From NCBI RefSeq assembly GCF_028641065.1, contig NC_073401.1, forward strand, positions 22,568,001 to 22,632,000: a stretch of 64,000 nucleotides of DNA. Reading direction: 5' to 3'. The position numbers were made by a program, and so were the translations under genes. The notes under the pieces are model-generated. The model was given only the letters and a program-made list of their open reading frames with translations, did no database searches and was not told where the DNA came from. Shown one piece after another: positions 14,512 through 27,190 of the stretch (its first letter is position 1; every line of letters starts with the position of its first letter). This DNA comes from Leucoraja erinacea (Eukaryota).

Positions 14512-14548
14512 CATTGTGATGGACCCAAGCAGGTTTGAGCAGCTTCAT
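14512..14548 (-). CDS. HIRA: HIRA coding exon 1 (MKLLKPAWVHHN G)
   Basis: ATG at 14548, 37-nt exon, donor G|gtgagc, in a CpG-rich region; matches the HIRA N-terminus MKLLKPTWVNHNG. Confidence 0.95.
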
Positions 14549-16066
14549 GCTGGGCCGCGGTACCTGGGACACAAGCACCACCCTCTCGGTCTCGGTGTCA
14601 CTGTCCCAAGGCGACCCGGTCTCTCGCTCCGCTCCGCCGGAAGGGAGCAACACACTCAACGCTCCCCAGAAACTCCGGTGCCCCCGGCAAAACGGCTCGG
14701 GAAAAGAATCAAGGTCAAAACAAGCGTTCCGAGCACAAAATAAAACCCAAAAAAGTTAGATTTAGTGCATAATTTTCAAACTCAACCGTAGCTGACGTAA
14801 CTGATTTAAATTTAGAACAACTGAAAGGTCTATGACCATCAAAAGCTTCGGCAACCCGAAATCTCTAGCCTATTATCTGGTTGTAACTTGGTGAGCAGCA
14901 TCCAACAATATCAACCAAGGATCTTTGATAACAACAATATTGCCAGTGCCCCGTTCGGATAAGTTTGACCAACTGCTGCTTATAATAGATCCTACATTTA
15001 TACTCTTTAAAAAAAAGATTTGCCTTTAACTCAGGATATTCAGGGGACATTAAGCCAAGCAAGTACATTTTGAAGTACAGTAAATAATATAAAGTACAAC
15101 TTCTGAATGTGTGCACAACAAGATCCCAAAGATAAAAGAGAATTGGCGCAGATTATCTGATTAATGGTTTCGGTCAGGAGGTCAATACCGCCATCACAAT
15201 GTAGACCAAGCTTCCTTATTGTCTGGAAACGTGTAAGTTCCCCTAAAAAGTTTAATGTCTCATTTAAATATATTTATTTCAAAAGTGCATCACTCCTAAA
15301 TGATGCCCAATTTACATCTAGTGCCCAATTCACCAAACGTTGTCATTCAGTGATGCATACACTGAAATGCCATATGGAAGATTATGTAATGGGAACAGGC
15401 AACATGACCTATGTATCTACTACAATTAACAAGGTAAATTATTCACTACAACGAATTACTTTGTGGTATAAAGAAAATAGATATAGAAAGCAAGTAACTG
15501 TTACACGGTGATAAAAAAATATATTAGTGTCAATGCAAGAATCTGGCTAACATTAAAATAGGGAGTTATCTTGTTCAGATGATAGGGTTTTACTATTGTA
15601 CAATTTCTGTTACTTCACTTTGTCCCAGCACTCTAAATATTCGTTCTTTCTTTATGAAAGCTCCAACATAATTCTTCGTTGCTGTCCTTCAAGCAGTTAA
15701 GCAAATTATTTTTTAATGTCATGGCCAATTCTAAAGTCTAATTTCCAAAGCATTTTCATCAAAACTTAGGTGCTCTAAATTTCGATACAAGCTTGCCGGT
15801 AGCTTCGTTTACAGGTTCAATTATGATTTTAATGTGCTTGATTTTTTTTTTAATGAACAAATGTTCAATTGCAAACATACCACTGTTGTGGTTCTGAACT
15901 TTGTCGGGGTGGGAACATTTAGTAATGACCTGTGTTCCCGAGTGGGACATCATTATGTGGGGAGAAGCCGCTGGTAGTGGTGCGCCGCTTTAAACTGCTC
16001 GGGTTGAGTGGGCTGGGTGGAGAAAGGAGTGGCAACGATCTCAAGGTGACTGCGTTCCTGATTAAC
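14549..16066. promoter_or_regulatory. HIRA/MRPL40 head-to-head promoter region
   Basis: Divergent start codons 1.5 kb apart; CpG-rich patches at about 14340-14730 and 15960-16330; same arrangement as in mammals. Confidence 0.7.
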
Positions 16067-16101
16067 ATGGCATGGATGGTCCAGCCGCTCCACGGCCTGA
16101 T
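16067..16101 (+). CDS. MRPL40: MRPL40 exon 1 (MAWMVQPLHGL I)
   Basis: aacATGG Kozak context, donor AT|gtgagt, phase 2 matches exon 2; in CpG-rich region. Confidence 0.75.
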
Positions 16102-16967
16102 GTGAGTACTGACCTCGTGGAGAGGCCGTAGCTGGCGGCGTCTGGACCGGGATCGGGGGGTTTAGGGTCGGCTCGGCTGATAGTGACTGGCCTGAGGCGG
16201 GACCCGGGCCGAGAGACTGCCTCAAACGGAGCGGATTTGAGGCGACATTAATCCCATGGATAGGTTATATATCTATTAACTGGGGAACCAGCACAAAGCG
16301 CCTCGGGAAAACGGTTCCCGGCAGGTAAGTAAGGTCCACGCATTTATATAAAATGCCTTACAGATCCTCGGGGTTCCCAAAACATATTGCCTGAATTAGG
16401 TATTGTTTATTACAATATTAAACGTGAACACATATTACATGAATTGATAAACATAATTCTGGTGCTGGAAAGGACACAACGTGCTGGAGTAGCTAAGCGT
16501 TTCGGGTAGGGACCTTTCTTCAGCCTGTATCGTGATGATTTGTAGGATATTCCAGTCTCTGCCCAATGACAGTGGAGGCTTAATTATTGAATATATTCAA
16601 GAAAGAGGTGGTTTGTTTTTAGATGTTCAGAAAAGCGCCACTGAGGTAAAAGGTGAGCATAGATTTTCATGAGTGGTGGGGCAGGTATGAGGGACTGAAT
16701 GGCCTATTTATACTTTTGTTTACAGCATTATATGTCCTTATCCATTTGAGAGATGGATTTCTGAATTGAATCTGTTTTGAAGATATGACCCCTAATCGTG
16801 CAGCACCTCCCTTAATGCTACACTGGTGTAATTCTAGGTTTGGGGTTTGGGAAGTGCTAAAAGCAACATCCTTTCCAGGCCCAGTCAATGTTTTGATTAT
16901 AAAAGCACAAGATGAATCTGAGTCTTGTAACTAAAAGCTAGAACTGATTTTGTTTTTTCTCTCACAG

Positions 16968-17051
16968 ATCACGTACAGTGTGGAATGCTTCAGTTCGATC
17001 CAGCCACTGGCATACGTCCATGTTGTCACTCAGAGAATCGTTGCCCATGAG
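16968..17051 (+). CDS. MRPL40: MRPL40 exon 2 (SRTVWNASVRSSHWHTSMLSLRESLPMR)
   Basis: polypyrimidine+cag acceptor, AG|gtacag donor, ends in the conserved ...PMR motif. Confidence 0.9.
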
Positions 17052-18024
17052 GTACAGTATATGATACAAACTTTAGTTTTTTTCATTTTCAGCTGCCTAG
17101 ATCTCTATGGGAAAACATAGAGTACATTATGAGGATCAGCATCTCTATTGGGTGTGATTTTTATGGTTGCAACAGCATAAAAAACGTAGCTGTGCTGCAT
17201 TTATCCCAGGTTTCACTTAATTGCTTGCGAGTGCCATTCAAATAATTGAAATATGTAAATTAAAATGTAAATACATCATTATAGAGAAAAGGTACCACTG
17301 GCAATGCTGAAAATCTGCAACATAGGGAAATGTGCAACAAGCTGGTGAGAATTTGTGAATGAGTGGGAGGAAAATGTTAACTTTTATTTAAACTGCAAAT
17401 GTTGGAGATCTAAAATAAAAAAAATGGCCGATAACACCCGGCAAGTCAGAATGTTTCTGGGGGGATAAAACAGACTCGCATTTCTGGCTGAAGACCCTTT
17501 GTTGGAATGTCAATTTATCGGTCTCCGTCAGGCCAATTTCAATTGGATTATAACTAAGAGGGGGATCAAGGCAAAATAAATTGCAGCTGTTTCATTTTAT
17601 AGCAACTATATATACAGTCCATTGAACGGTCAGGCAGGGAGAAAATGTGGATGGAAATTTAAAGTACATAGGAAACATTTAAATAAAAAGGCTGACCTAA
17701 CTGGATGTGCATCAGAATGTTTTGATCCCTTGGTCCTTTTGACAAGAATTCTTGTATCAAATGTGTTTTCTGGTTTTTTGGAACAAAATTACTCTCCATG
17801 ATTTTCTCAAGGTTTGATGATTGTTTCTATTAGGTCAGGGAATAAGCCTAAGGAAGACTGCTCATCATCATTGGACTTCTCAATTGCCAGGTTTAAGTGG
17901 CAGCAGCAGAAGTTCGGAGTTGGTCTACTCGCCATCATATTGCTTGGTAGAGGAGTCTGGGGAATGAATATGCAGACAGAATTAATCCATACATTTAACA
18001 AGTGGGGATAAATTTATTTTGCAG

Positions 18025-18180
18025 AGCTGAGCCTAAGAAAAAGAAAAAAGTGGATCCCAAAAGGGAGCAGGCAGTGAGAGACCGTTTGAAAAAAAGATTG
18101 AAGAAGTTGGAACGTGTTCCTCCAGAGCTGATCCCAATTGAAGATTTTATCACTCCCACAAAGTTCCTTGATGAATCCAG
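18025..18180 (+). CDS. MRPL40: MRPL40 exon 3 ([14 protein letters not shown]...[19 protein letters not shown])
   Basis: KKKKVDP and [11 protein letters not shown] motifs of mL40; ag/gt sites. Confidence 0.96.
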
Positions 18181-20026
18181 GTCTGTGTGTTCTGAAACAT
18201 TAGTTGTCAATAGGAAATGTATGCTTTCCCCATTGTTTTCTTTCCACTGTAGGATTTTCATTCCAAACTGCGGGTAAGAATTTATTTTCCATTCTGAATT
18301 CTCTTTAGACAATATTGAAATAATGTTGCATTATTTTCGTTATTTATCTTTCAAATGGGAAAAGGGCGATTGGTCCAACCTGTGAGAGAGTGTTAATGGT
18401 TCAGGGTAAAGTTGAGCGAAAAGAAAACTAAGGTGAGATAAGAGAGGTGGTTAAAACTAGTGAATACAGGCGATGAGATCAGAGTGAATCCAAGGTTAAG
18501 CATGTGTTCATCAGAAAAGACAAGATGTTGATTATACATTTAGCAAGTTTGTAGCAACAAGGAGAGTTTGTATATCAGGTATACCCAAATCGGGACATCT
18601 AATGACTGAGCATCAAAATACAAATTGGGATAAGAAGTAGGTTACTTGAACCTAAACCAGCATTTAATGTGGCTTATCTAATTGTAAGCTCAATTCCTTA
18701 GTAACCTTTCCTTCTCTTGTTTATCAACCATGTACCAACCTCATTCTTAAATATTCAAAGATCGTGCTTACAGTGCCCTTTTGGCAAAAGAGAGCTCCAA
18801 ACACTCTTGACCCTCTGAGAGAAATTTCACCTCATCTGTCTCAATTGGTGAGCCCTTTAATTTTAAATAGTGAGCCCAAATTCTGGATTCCCATGGAAGA
18901 GAAAACTGTTCCCGCGTTCAACCTTGCAAGAACACTCAGGATCTTGTATTTCAATTGGATTTTCTTTCACTAATCTAAATGCTTGCAGATGTCAGGCCTT
19001 CCAATCTTTCATCATTTGACAACCTGTCCAGTTTGGTTGTTGGTCAATTAAATCTCTGGATTACTTTCAGCTCATTTACATTCTTCCATAAAAAAGGAGA
19101 CATATAGGGTGCACAGTACTCCAAATTTGCTCTTGTTAATATACTCCTTTATCATGCTATTTCTTCAAAAGAACACCAACCAATAGTCAAACATGATTTC
19201 CCTCTAAATACCATGTTCATACAATTTGAGCAGTTAGTCCATTTGGATGGAGTTCTTTAGACATTATTGGTTTACTCCCAAATTGACAGATTAACTGGTA
19301 ATTTTCATATTACTGTTTGTGAAAGCTTGCAGTGTTCATAATGACTACATCAACCCCTAAATCACTTTTGAACATGAGAGACTGCAGATACTAGAATATT
19401 GAGCAAAAATACAGACAGATGAAGGAGCTCAGTGGGTCAGGCAGCATCTATGGAGTGAAATGGACAGGTGTTATTTGGATCAAGATCTTTCTTCAAGACA
19501 CACATTAAAACATCCCAGTTTCCTAAAACACTTGTTACAGTTTGCTTTTTCTTTAAATTATGACATTGGAACACGACAGTGAATTCTTCTCCAGACGTAC
19601 TGTTATTTAAAGAAATAGATTCTACCTAGACCTGTTGCCTCAGTGGCTGAAAACCAGGTTCAGTCTTGATCTCTGCTGCTACCTGTGTGGAGTTTGCTTG
19701 ATCTCCCTGTGACCTTGGTACTCCAGTTTACTTTCGCATCCAAAAGATGTGTGGATTAAAGGTTAATCAGCCATTTTTAAATTGTACCTCATGCAGGTAT
19801 GTGGTAGAATCTGGGGAGTTGAAGGGAATGTTGGGGAATAAAAATGGGTCATGGTAAGATCAGTATAAATGGATGGTTGATGGTTGGGGAGAACCTGGTG
19901 GGTCAAGTGACCTGTTTCCGTACAGTTTTCATAATGACTCGTATTAAAGCATAAAGTGAACCTCAAGTACTAATTATGACTATACACATAAAATGCCCTC
20001 AATAACATGTTATCTATGGTGCCTAG

Positions 20027-20336
20027 AGTTCGGGATCTGCCCAAAGTGACAGAGGAAGAGACTGAGCAGCGCGCGCTTCTGATGAAGGAATGGTCACGAT
20101 ATAAGCAGAAGGAACATAAAAAGGAAGCTGAAATGATTCATTCCATGATTGAGGCACAGCAGGAAGCGCTACAGGAACTGCGTGTCGAATCAGAGAACTT
20201 GTACCAGGCTGCAATTAAACGGGATCAAGGACTGTTTCCATTGGAGTTACAAGGATGCAGCTATACTCCTCCTATACCTGACTACCAAGCACCTGATGGA
20301 AAATACAGAGAAAACACGAAGGTTTATACACAGTGA
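20027..20336 (+). CDS. MRPL40: MRPL40 exon 4, terminal (VRDLPKVTEEETEQRALLMKEW...YTPPIPDYQAPDGKYRENTKVYTQ*); full protein about 194 aa
   Basis: Strong similarity to the mL40 C-terminal half; TGA ending 20336; AATAAA at 20393-20398. Confidence 0.96.
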
Positions 20337-20672
20337 CGTACATGAGAACCTTTCACTTCTACCCTGTTATTCTTTGAACCAGATCTTTTTTAAATAAAGT
20401 AAATATTGTCATAAAATGTATAGTACGTTTTTGGGAAATGTACTTCTGATTAACAAGTTTTCAGAAAAGTTGCTATTCCGTCCAATGTTTGTCGATGCTT
20501 TTAAAAAAGCAGTGTTAAAAATATACATAAGTAAATGTACCAACAATGTTAATTGGCAACTTAACTGGAATGAAAATCATTAAAAATCTGCACAATTTGG
20601 AAATCTAAAACAATTGCCAAAAATGCTAGAAATGCCAGCGGGTCAGAAAAGAGATTTAATTAACATTTCAAC

Positions 20673-21011
20673 TTGAAGCTTGACATGCTAGAGGCAGGAA
20701 ACATGTTCCCGATGTTGGGGGAGTCCAGAACCAGGGGTCACAGTTTAAGAATAAGGAGTAAGCCATTTAGAACGGAGACGAGGAAACATTTTTTCTCACA
20801 GAGAGTGGTGAGTCTGTGGAATTCTCTGCCTCAGAGGACGTTGGAGGCGGGTTCTCTGGATACTTTCAAGAGAGAGCTAGATAGGGCTCTTAAAAATAGG
20901 GGATATGGGGGGGAAGGCAGGAACGGGGTACTGATTGGGGATGATCAGACATGATCACTTTAAATGGCGGTGCTGGCTCAAAGAGCAAATGGCTTACTCC
21001 TGCGTCTATTG
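20673..21011 (+). mobile_element. CR1 LINE 3' fragment
   Basis: SRTRGHSLRI...FFSQRVVSLWNSLP...FKRELD, the CR1 ORF2 C-terminus plus 3'UTR. Confidence 0.9.
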
Positions 21012-21097
21012 AAGCCAGGTTTGAACTGAGAAAGAGGGAAAATAAATTGGTTTTAAGTTGAAGAAAAGGTGAGGGTTGAACATGTAGGAACAAAGGG

Positions 21098-21595
21098 AAG
21101 ATAGACACAAAAATCTGGTGTAACTCAGCGGGCCAGGCATCATCTCTGGAGAGAAGGAATGGGTGACGTTTCAGGTCGCGACCCTTCAGACTGTTAGGGA
21201 TAAGGGAAACGAGAGATATAGACGGTGATGTGGAGAGATGAACAATGAATGAAAGATGCAAAAAATTAACGATAATAAAGGAAACGGGCCATTGTAAGCT
21301 GTTTGTAGGGTGAAAATGAGAAGCTGGTGCGACTTGGATGGGGGAGGAATAGAGAGAGAGGAAATGCCGGGGCTACCTGGTGAGAGAAATCAATATTTAT
21401 ACCACTGGGCTATTCAATGTTCTTTATCTCTCCACATCACCTTCTATATCTCTCGTTTTCCTTATCCCTAACCAGTCTGAAGAAGGATCTCGATCTCGTC
21501 ACCCATTCCTTCTCTCCGGAGATGCTGCCCGTCTTGCTGAGTTACTCCAGCTTTTTATGTCTATCTTCGGTTTAAACCATCTGCAGTTCCTTCTC
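21098..21595. repeat. Inverted pair of Penelope terminal-repeat (pLTR) copies
   Basis: 21100-21240 is approximately the reverse complement of 21420-21570. Confidence 0.8.
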
Positions 21596-21794
21596 ACACA
21601 TTTAGTGCAAGGGAATACCTCTCATAGGGTTACATTGTTCTATGGAGACAGTTAGAGAGAGATCGAAAGGAACACATGCTATAAGATGAGATAAAATAGC
21701 CAGCTCTTAGCGCAGCTGGATAACGTAGCAGAAATGGCCATTTCTGATACTGACAGTGAACTATCTGACATTCTAGGAGTTGGGAGTCTGGAAG

Positions 21795-22580
21795 ACTACA
21801 ATGTGCTTAAATGGAAGATGAGGTGCTGTCCCTTAAACTTGCATTGAACACCATTGTAACTTTGCAAGAGACCATAGACAATTAGTGAAAATTGAGAATT
21901 AAAATGGCAGGCAGCAGGAAGTTCTGAGTTGCCTCTGCAGAGTACACATGTACTCCACATAGTAGTTACCCAATCTGAGTTTGGTTTCTCGAATGTGGAG
22001 GAAACCACATTGTAAACACCAAATGCAATAAATTAGATTTACTGATTACTGTAAGTGAATTGCTGCTTCATTTGTCAGAATTTCTTTGGTCATTTGACAG
22101 TAGGATGGAAAAAACATAAAAGGTCACGAGCTGCATTTCTGGTAGTTGACTGGGAACTTGGCAGAAGGAGGGGTAATGGTGGTGATGGAAAAGTGAATCT
22201 TGGGTGTCAAAGAAAGCAATCAATTCAAAATGCTGAAAGGAGCAGGGTAAGAAGATGTGTCCATAGGTGGGAACTATCTGCTGGTGGAAATTGTGAAAGA
22301 TGAACTTAAATGTAGAAGCACATGGGTTGGAAAATGAGGACCAAGGGAACCTTGCTTTGTTCAGGAGAGGGTGTCAGAGCCAAGAAGTGGACAGAAACAG
22401 ATTCAGTCAAGGGATCTTCAGTCATTATAATGGGGAAGCCACTATTCAGGAAGGACAGTGTTTTTGAGGCACCTACGTGGAAAGTCTCTTCAATGGATCA
22501 AATACAATGAAAATAAAATGGAACGGGAAAATAGAATAAAGTCCCTACAGGAGGCAGAGTGTAAAGAAGTATAGTTGATA
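21795..22580 (-). mobile_element. Old Penelope-like fragment
   Basis: ORF remnant LPAACHFNS...CKFKGQHLIFHL matching the 47200-47320 region. Confidence 0.6.
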
Positions 22581-22974
22581 TTCTCATGATGGCTCTCATT
22601 AATATTCAACACATTAAGTTGGTTTGTGTGCCTCATCATTCAGATTTTCTGCAACTGCCACTATAACAAAAGCATTCCAACAACATGATACTCAGATAAA
22701 TGAGTAGGCTGAGTTTTTCATTATAGAATACGGATCTGAAGGCAAAATTACCTTAAAACCACTTCCTGCACATAGCAATCGCATATCAGTTTGATTCAAG
22801 ATTGAGGTTGCACCAAATCCAAAAGTGAATCCAGATTTTCAGATGCTATTAAGAACTTAAGATGTTTTGTGATGGATTAGCCTAAATCCAATTTTATAAA
22901 GAATCATCATAACAAACGTTGTGGACAGTTATCCCACAATATGATAGTTTAACTCCAGGAGCAGGTAATTTCCA

Positions 22975-23097
22975 TTATTTCTCTTTTCCATCATACAGGG
23001 GAAGATGCCATTCAGCTGGTGGATTCTTCCTCATCTCCCAGATTGGATCCCTCTTTTGTTCTTCTAACCTTTTCTTCTCACTATTGCGTAAAGCTTC
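22975..23097 (-). CDS. C22orf39: C22orf39 exon 3, terminal (EALRNSEKKRLEEQKRDPIWEMRKNPPAEWHLPLYDGKEK*); protein 104 aa
   Basis: ttttacag acceptor; conserved W..R..PP..W motif; TAA. Confidence 0.95.
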   Translation of the reverse strand, partial: EALRNSEKKRLEEQKRDPIWEMRKNPPAEWHLPLYDGKEK

Positions 23098-23390
23098 CTG
23101 TAAAATTAAAAACAAACTAACAATTAGAGCCATGTTAACTTTCAACCAGAAACTGCTGCTAAAGCTTTTGTCAAAAGATGCTTATACTGCCTCCTAAAAG
23201 AAGGCCTGTGAAGTCTTGCATGGAAGAAATACTCTAGTTGTTATTAAGAGAATCGTCAGTTTATTTAATCAGAGTTAAATTATTTTGTGACAATCCCACC
23301 AAACTGTCAGATTTGAGACGATTGAGTGTTATTCATAATAATACCTCTACACATTTTCAATTTGCTGTATTTAAAAGGCATAACACTTTT

Positions 23391-23670
23391 TTAGTTTTAG
23401 TTTTAGAGATACAGCATGGAAACAGGCCCTTCGGCCCACTGAGTCTGCACAAACCAGCGATCCCCGCACAGTAACACTATCCTACACACACTAGGGACAA
23501 TTTACCCTTATAACAAGCCAATTAACCTACAAACCTGTACTTTAGAGTGTGGGAGGAAACGAAATATCTCGAAGAAAACCCACGCTGAGAACATACACCC
23601 ATAGTCAGGATCGAACTCGGGTCTCTGGTGCTGTAAGGCAGCACTCTACCGCTGCGCCACCGTGCTGCCC
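23391..23670 (-). mobile_element. tRNA-derived SINE (HE1/V-SINE-like)
   Basis: Minus strand GGGCAGCACGGTGGCGCAGCGGTAGAG...GAGTTCGATCC (A/B boxes), CR1-like 3' end, (CTAAAA)n tail. Confidence 0.85.
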
Positions 23671-24389
23671 TACTTCATTATAATCATTTTTACAATGAAC
23701 CCAGAAGGTTTAAAGGACCTCGGGTTAAAAGGCCTGGTTAAGTTAAAGCAAGAGCAGGAAATAAGACCCATGCGAATTGAGAGGATGCATGGGAAGCATT
23801 ACTTGGTGAACCAAATACCAAAAATCTGGGGTTTCAAACAATGGGATAGCAGATATGTGGGATTCTTTTGTATCTAAATATATATATATATATTTGGATA
23901 ACCAGCATTATGGTATGTTAATAGAACTTTCTTTTAAATGCAATTGATGGTAATACGTATAAAAGTGAAGATGTTCGCATTGTCCTAAGAGAACACTGTA
24001 TCAGCATTGTTTTATGACAATTTGAACAATCTTTACACTTATTACCATCAATTGCATTAAAAGATATTTAATCATGACTTTTTCTGTTACTTTAATTCAA
24101 ATACGTATTATAGAATGGAGTGAGAATCTCCAATGTCACTAAAATCAATTGAGATTTAACTTTGTTCTCTCCAGCTCTCTCATCCCTGTCCTATCCCAAT
24201 CAACACATTGGATTAAAGCTCACCTCAACTCCATGTACCTGCCACTGTTATTCACCATTACCCTGACCCATCAAAACATAGCAATCTCAGTCTCCTTTAA
24301 ACATTTGCCCCTCTCAACTTTAATCTATGTCCTCCAGTCTTTGACATTTCCACACTGGCAAAAAGGTTCTGTATATCTCTAATTACCTA

Positions 24390-24632
24390 GTGTCCATGCC
24401 AACCAATGACCATTGATCACCCGTTCGCATTAGCCATCACACTGGGGGCAATTTACAGAGACTGATTAACCTACGAATCCGCACGTCTTTAGGATGTGGG
24501 AGAAAATGAGCACCCGGAGAAAATCCACAAGGTCACAAGGAGAACGTCACACAGACAGCACCGGAGGTCAGGGTGGATCCTGGGTCTCTGGCACTGTGAG
24601 GCAGCAGATCTACTGCCCAATACTGCGCTGCC
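24390..24632 (-). mobile_element. tRNA-derived SINE, degenerate
   Basis: Similar to 23391-23670. Confidence 0.65.
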
Positions 24633-24704
24633 CAAGCTTTCACCAAAAATAATCCTGAGAAAAATAAGTGTGCCACAACATGTGTTTTTTTTCAGAATTC
24701 TCAC

Positions 24705-24872
24705 CTTAGTTTCTCCAGACTTATATTTTTCCCATTCCCTGCAATTTTTGTAATCTGTTTTCCACTGCTTACATGAGGGGACCTCTCCATAGGTGTAGTA
24801 ATGATGGAAGCGATTCCTCAGACTCCGACAATGCTTCCATTCACTCCAATAATCATCACACATCCGAGGAGG
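24705..24872 (-). CDS. C22orf39: C22orf39 exon 2 (PPRMCDDYWSEWKHCRSLRNRFHHYYTYGEVPSCKQWKTDYKNCREWEKYKSGETK)
   Basis: UPF0545 twin Cx9C-like pattern; ttacag/gtgaga. Confidence 0.95.
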
Positions 24873-26426
24873 CTGTAATATGATTGTCAATGCCATGTTA
24901 GAGCCAGCTGACAGAAGACAAATGTTCTTAAAAATATCTTATCATAGTAAGAATCCTGCATGTTACTGTTTGACCTTTTTATTATTTAAGCCCAGAAATG
25001 AGCATCAGCCATAGCCATCATTCAGTGCCCACTCCTATGCGAGGTGGCTGTATTGTGCTGACTTGCTACACTGCTGCATTATGTGGTGAAGGAGTTTCCA
25101 CAGTCTTGTTAATTGGCAACGATGATTACAGAATTACAATAAAAAAACAAAAATATTTCCGCCAGATTGATATGTTACTTGAAAGTAGGGATGAACCCAT
25201 GCCTTTGTTCCTCTGGTAGGAATCTAGGCTTCTGGAGTTCAACACTCCTGTGCACAGTCTGAACTAAGATGCACAATGCTGAGACTGCCACAATAGAAGA
25301 CTACCACATACTGTATGCCAATATAATATCTAAATGGAACCATGTCATTATTGGCTTTGTGCCTACATGATTGTACTGAGAATACACACCATGTGGATGA
25401 AGACTACCCTTGGCACATGCAGTGAATTATTAAACACATCTAAAAATGCATCCAAGTAATATCACATCGTGAGATTTATTAAATACGCAGTTGACTTTTG
25501 TAAACATATTGGTCCAAATAATCATGAGAAATGATAGCAATTCCACACCAACATTTCGCCATTTGTCCTGTAATTATCAACACTGCGGGTGTCCTGTGCA
25601 GAAGCTGAAAAGCAGAACTTCCACATGGCTCTTTGCTGGGATATTGCCAACTGCACCCCCACTGTTGAATCCAGCGGCATAGTGTGATATCACTTGAATT
25701 AGTCTGCACTCACAGTTTAAATCTGGTCCAGAAAAAAGCAGACCCATTATTTTAATGGAGGGAGTTAAGTCTTAAGTAATAAATATTTTACAGCATTTGA
25801 AATGTTTATATTCAAAGTGTTCAAATGTTTAATTATTTTGAATGATTTCAATTAATTAAAAATATATATAATTTTAAGTGTTTAAAAAGCTTCTGACTGC
25901 CAGCCAGGGCAGTTACGAAATCAATGAGGCAGCTTGTCAGACAGCTAAGCTTTAGCGCATGGTTCACTCAGCAGTCGGGGTTTCTCCAACTGCTTTGTGG
26001 GCAGGTTCGAATATAAAGGCATTGCTCAGAGCAAGCTAAATACACGCAAAATGTCATACTGGTAGAAAATATAGTGAGGCCATTTATCGAGCAAGCTGGT
26101 GGTGATCACAGGTAGCTCAATGGCCAGAAGTTCCAGCCATTTAAACAACATGCATTTGCATAACAAATTCTGGTACACTGCAATCGAAAATCAATAAATG
26201 GTAACTAGTACAAATCTGAACTAAAAGTGAGGATGCTGGATGAAGTTCAGCCTGACGAGCAGCATATTTCCAGCATTTCCTGTTTTTATTCTAGTGTGTT
26301 GGCCCAAACATGGGGAAATCTGCACCATTATCAAAATCACTTGGTTAATCTGCGCCACTATATAAGTAACCATCAACCTGAAAAGAAACGTGTTCCCTCT
26401 CCCCTGACTCACTACCTGAAGAAGGG

Positions 26427-26935
26427 TCTTGCCATAGAGGGAGTACAGAGAAGGTTCACCAGACTGATTCCTGGGATGGCAGGACTTTCATATGAAGAAA
26501 GACTGGATAGACTCGGCTTGTACTCGCTAGAATTTAGAAGATTGAGGGGGGAATCTTATAGAAACTTACAAAATTCTTAAGGGGTTGGACAGGCTAGATG
26601 CAGGAAGATTGTTCCCGATGTTGGGGAAGTCCAGAACAAGGGGTCACAGTTTAAGGATAAGGGAAAGTCTTTTAGGACCGAGATGAGAAAAAAAAATTCA
26701 CACAGAGAGTGGTGAATCTGTGGAATTCTCTGCCACAGAAAGTAGTTGAGGCCAGTTCATTGGCTATATTTAAGAGGGAGTTAGATATGACCCTTTGGCT
26801 AAAGGGATCAGGGGGTATGGAGAGAAGGCAGGTAAGGATACTGAGTTGGATGATCAGCCATGATCATATTAAATGGCGGTGCAGGCTCGTAGGGCCGAAT
26901 GGCATACTCCTGTACCTATTTTCTATGTTTCTATG
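26427..26935 (+). mobile_element. CR1 LINE 3' fragment
   Basis: AIEGVQRRFTRLIPGMAGLSYEERLDRLGLYSLEFRR; 3' tail (TTCTATGT)n. Confidence 0.9.
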
Positions 26936-27190
26936 TCCCGACCCGTAACGCCATCCATTCCTTCTATCAAGACGTGCTGGCTGTCCCACTGAGTTACTCC
27001 AGCATTTTGTGTCTATTCCCGATCCGAAACGTCTCCTATCCATGTTTTTCTCCAGAGATGCTGACTAACCTGCAGAGTTACTCCAGCATGTTGGGTCTAC
27101 CTCTTGTTAAACCCCAAAACAGATCAGACCCGAATCATCACCCATCCCTTTTCTCCAGAGGTGCTGCCTGTCCCGTTGAGTTACTCCAGC

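Noticed and set aside
15955-15993. ATG at about 15955 as MRPL40 start
   Set aside because: It reaches TAA after 12 codons; the ATG at 16067 has a phase-compatible donor.
26935-27190. Tandem repeats resembling a CRISPR array
   Set aside because: Eukaryotic context; the units are diverged Penelope terminal-repeat fragments with no unique spacers and no cas genes.
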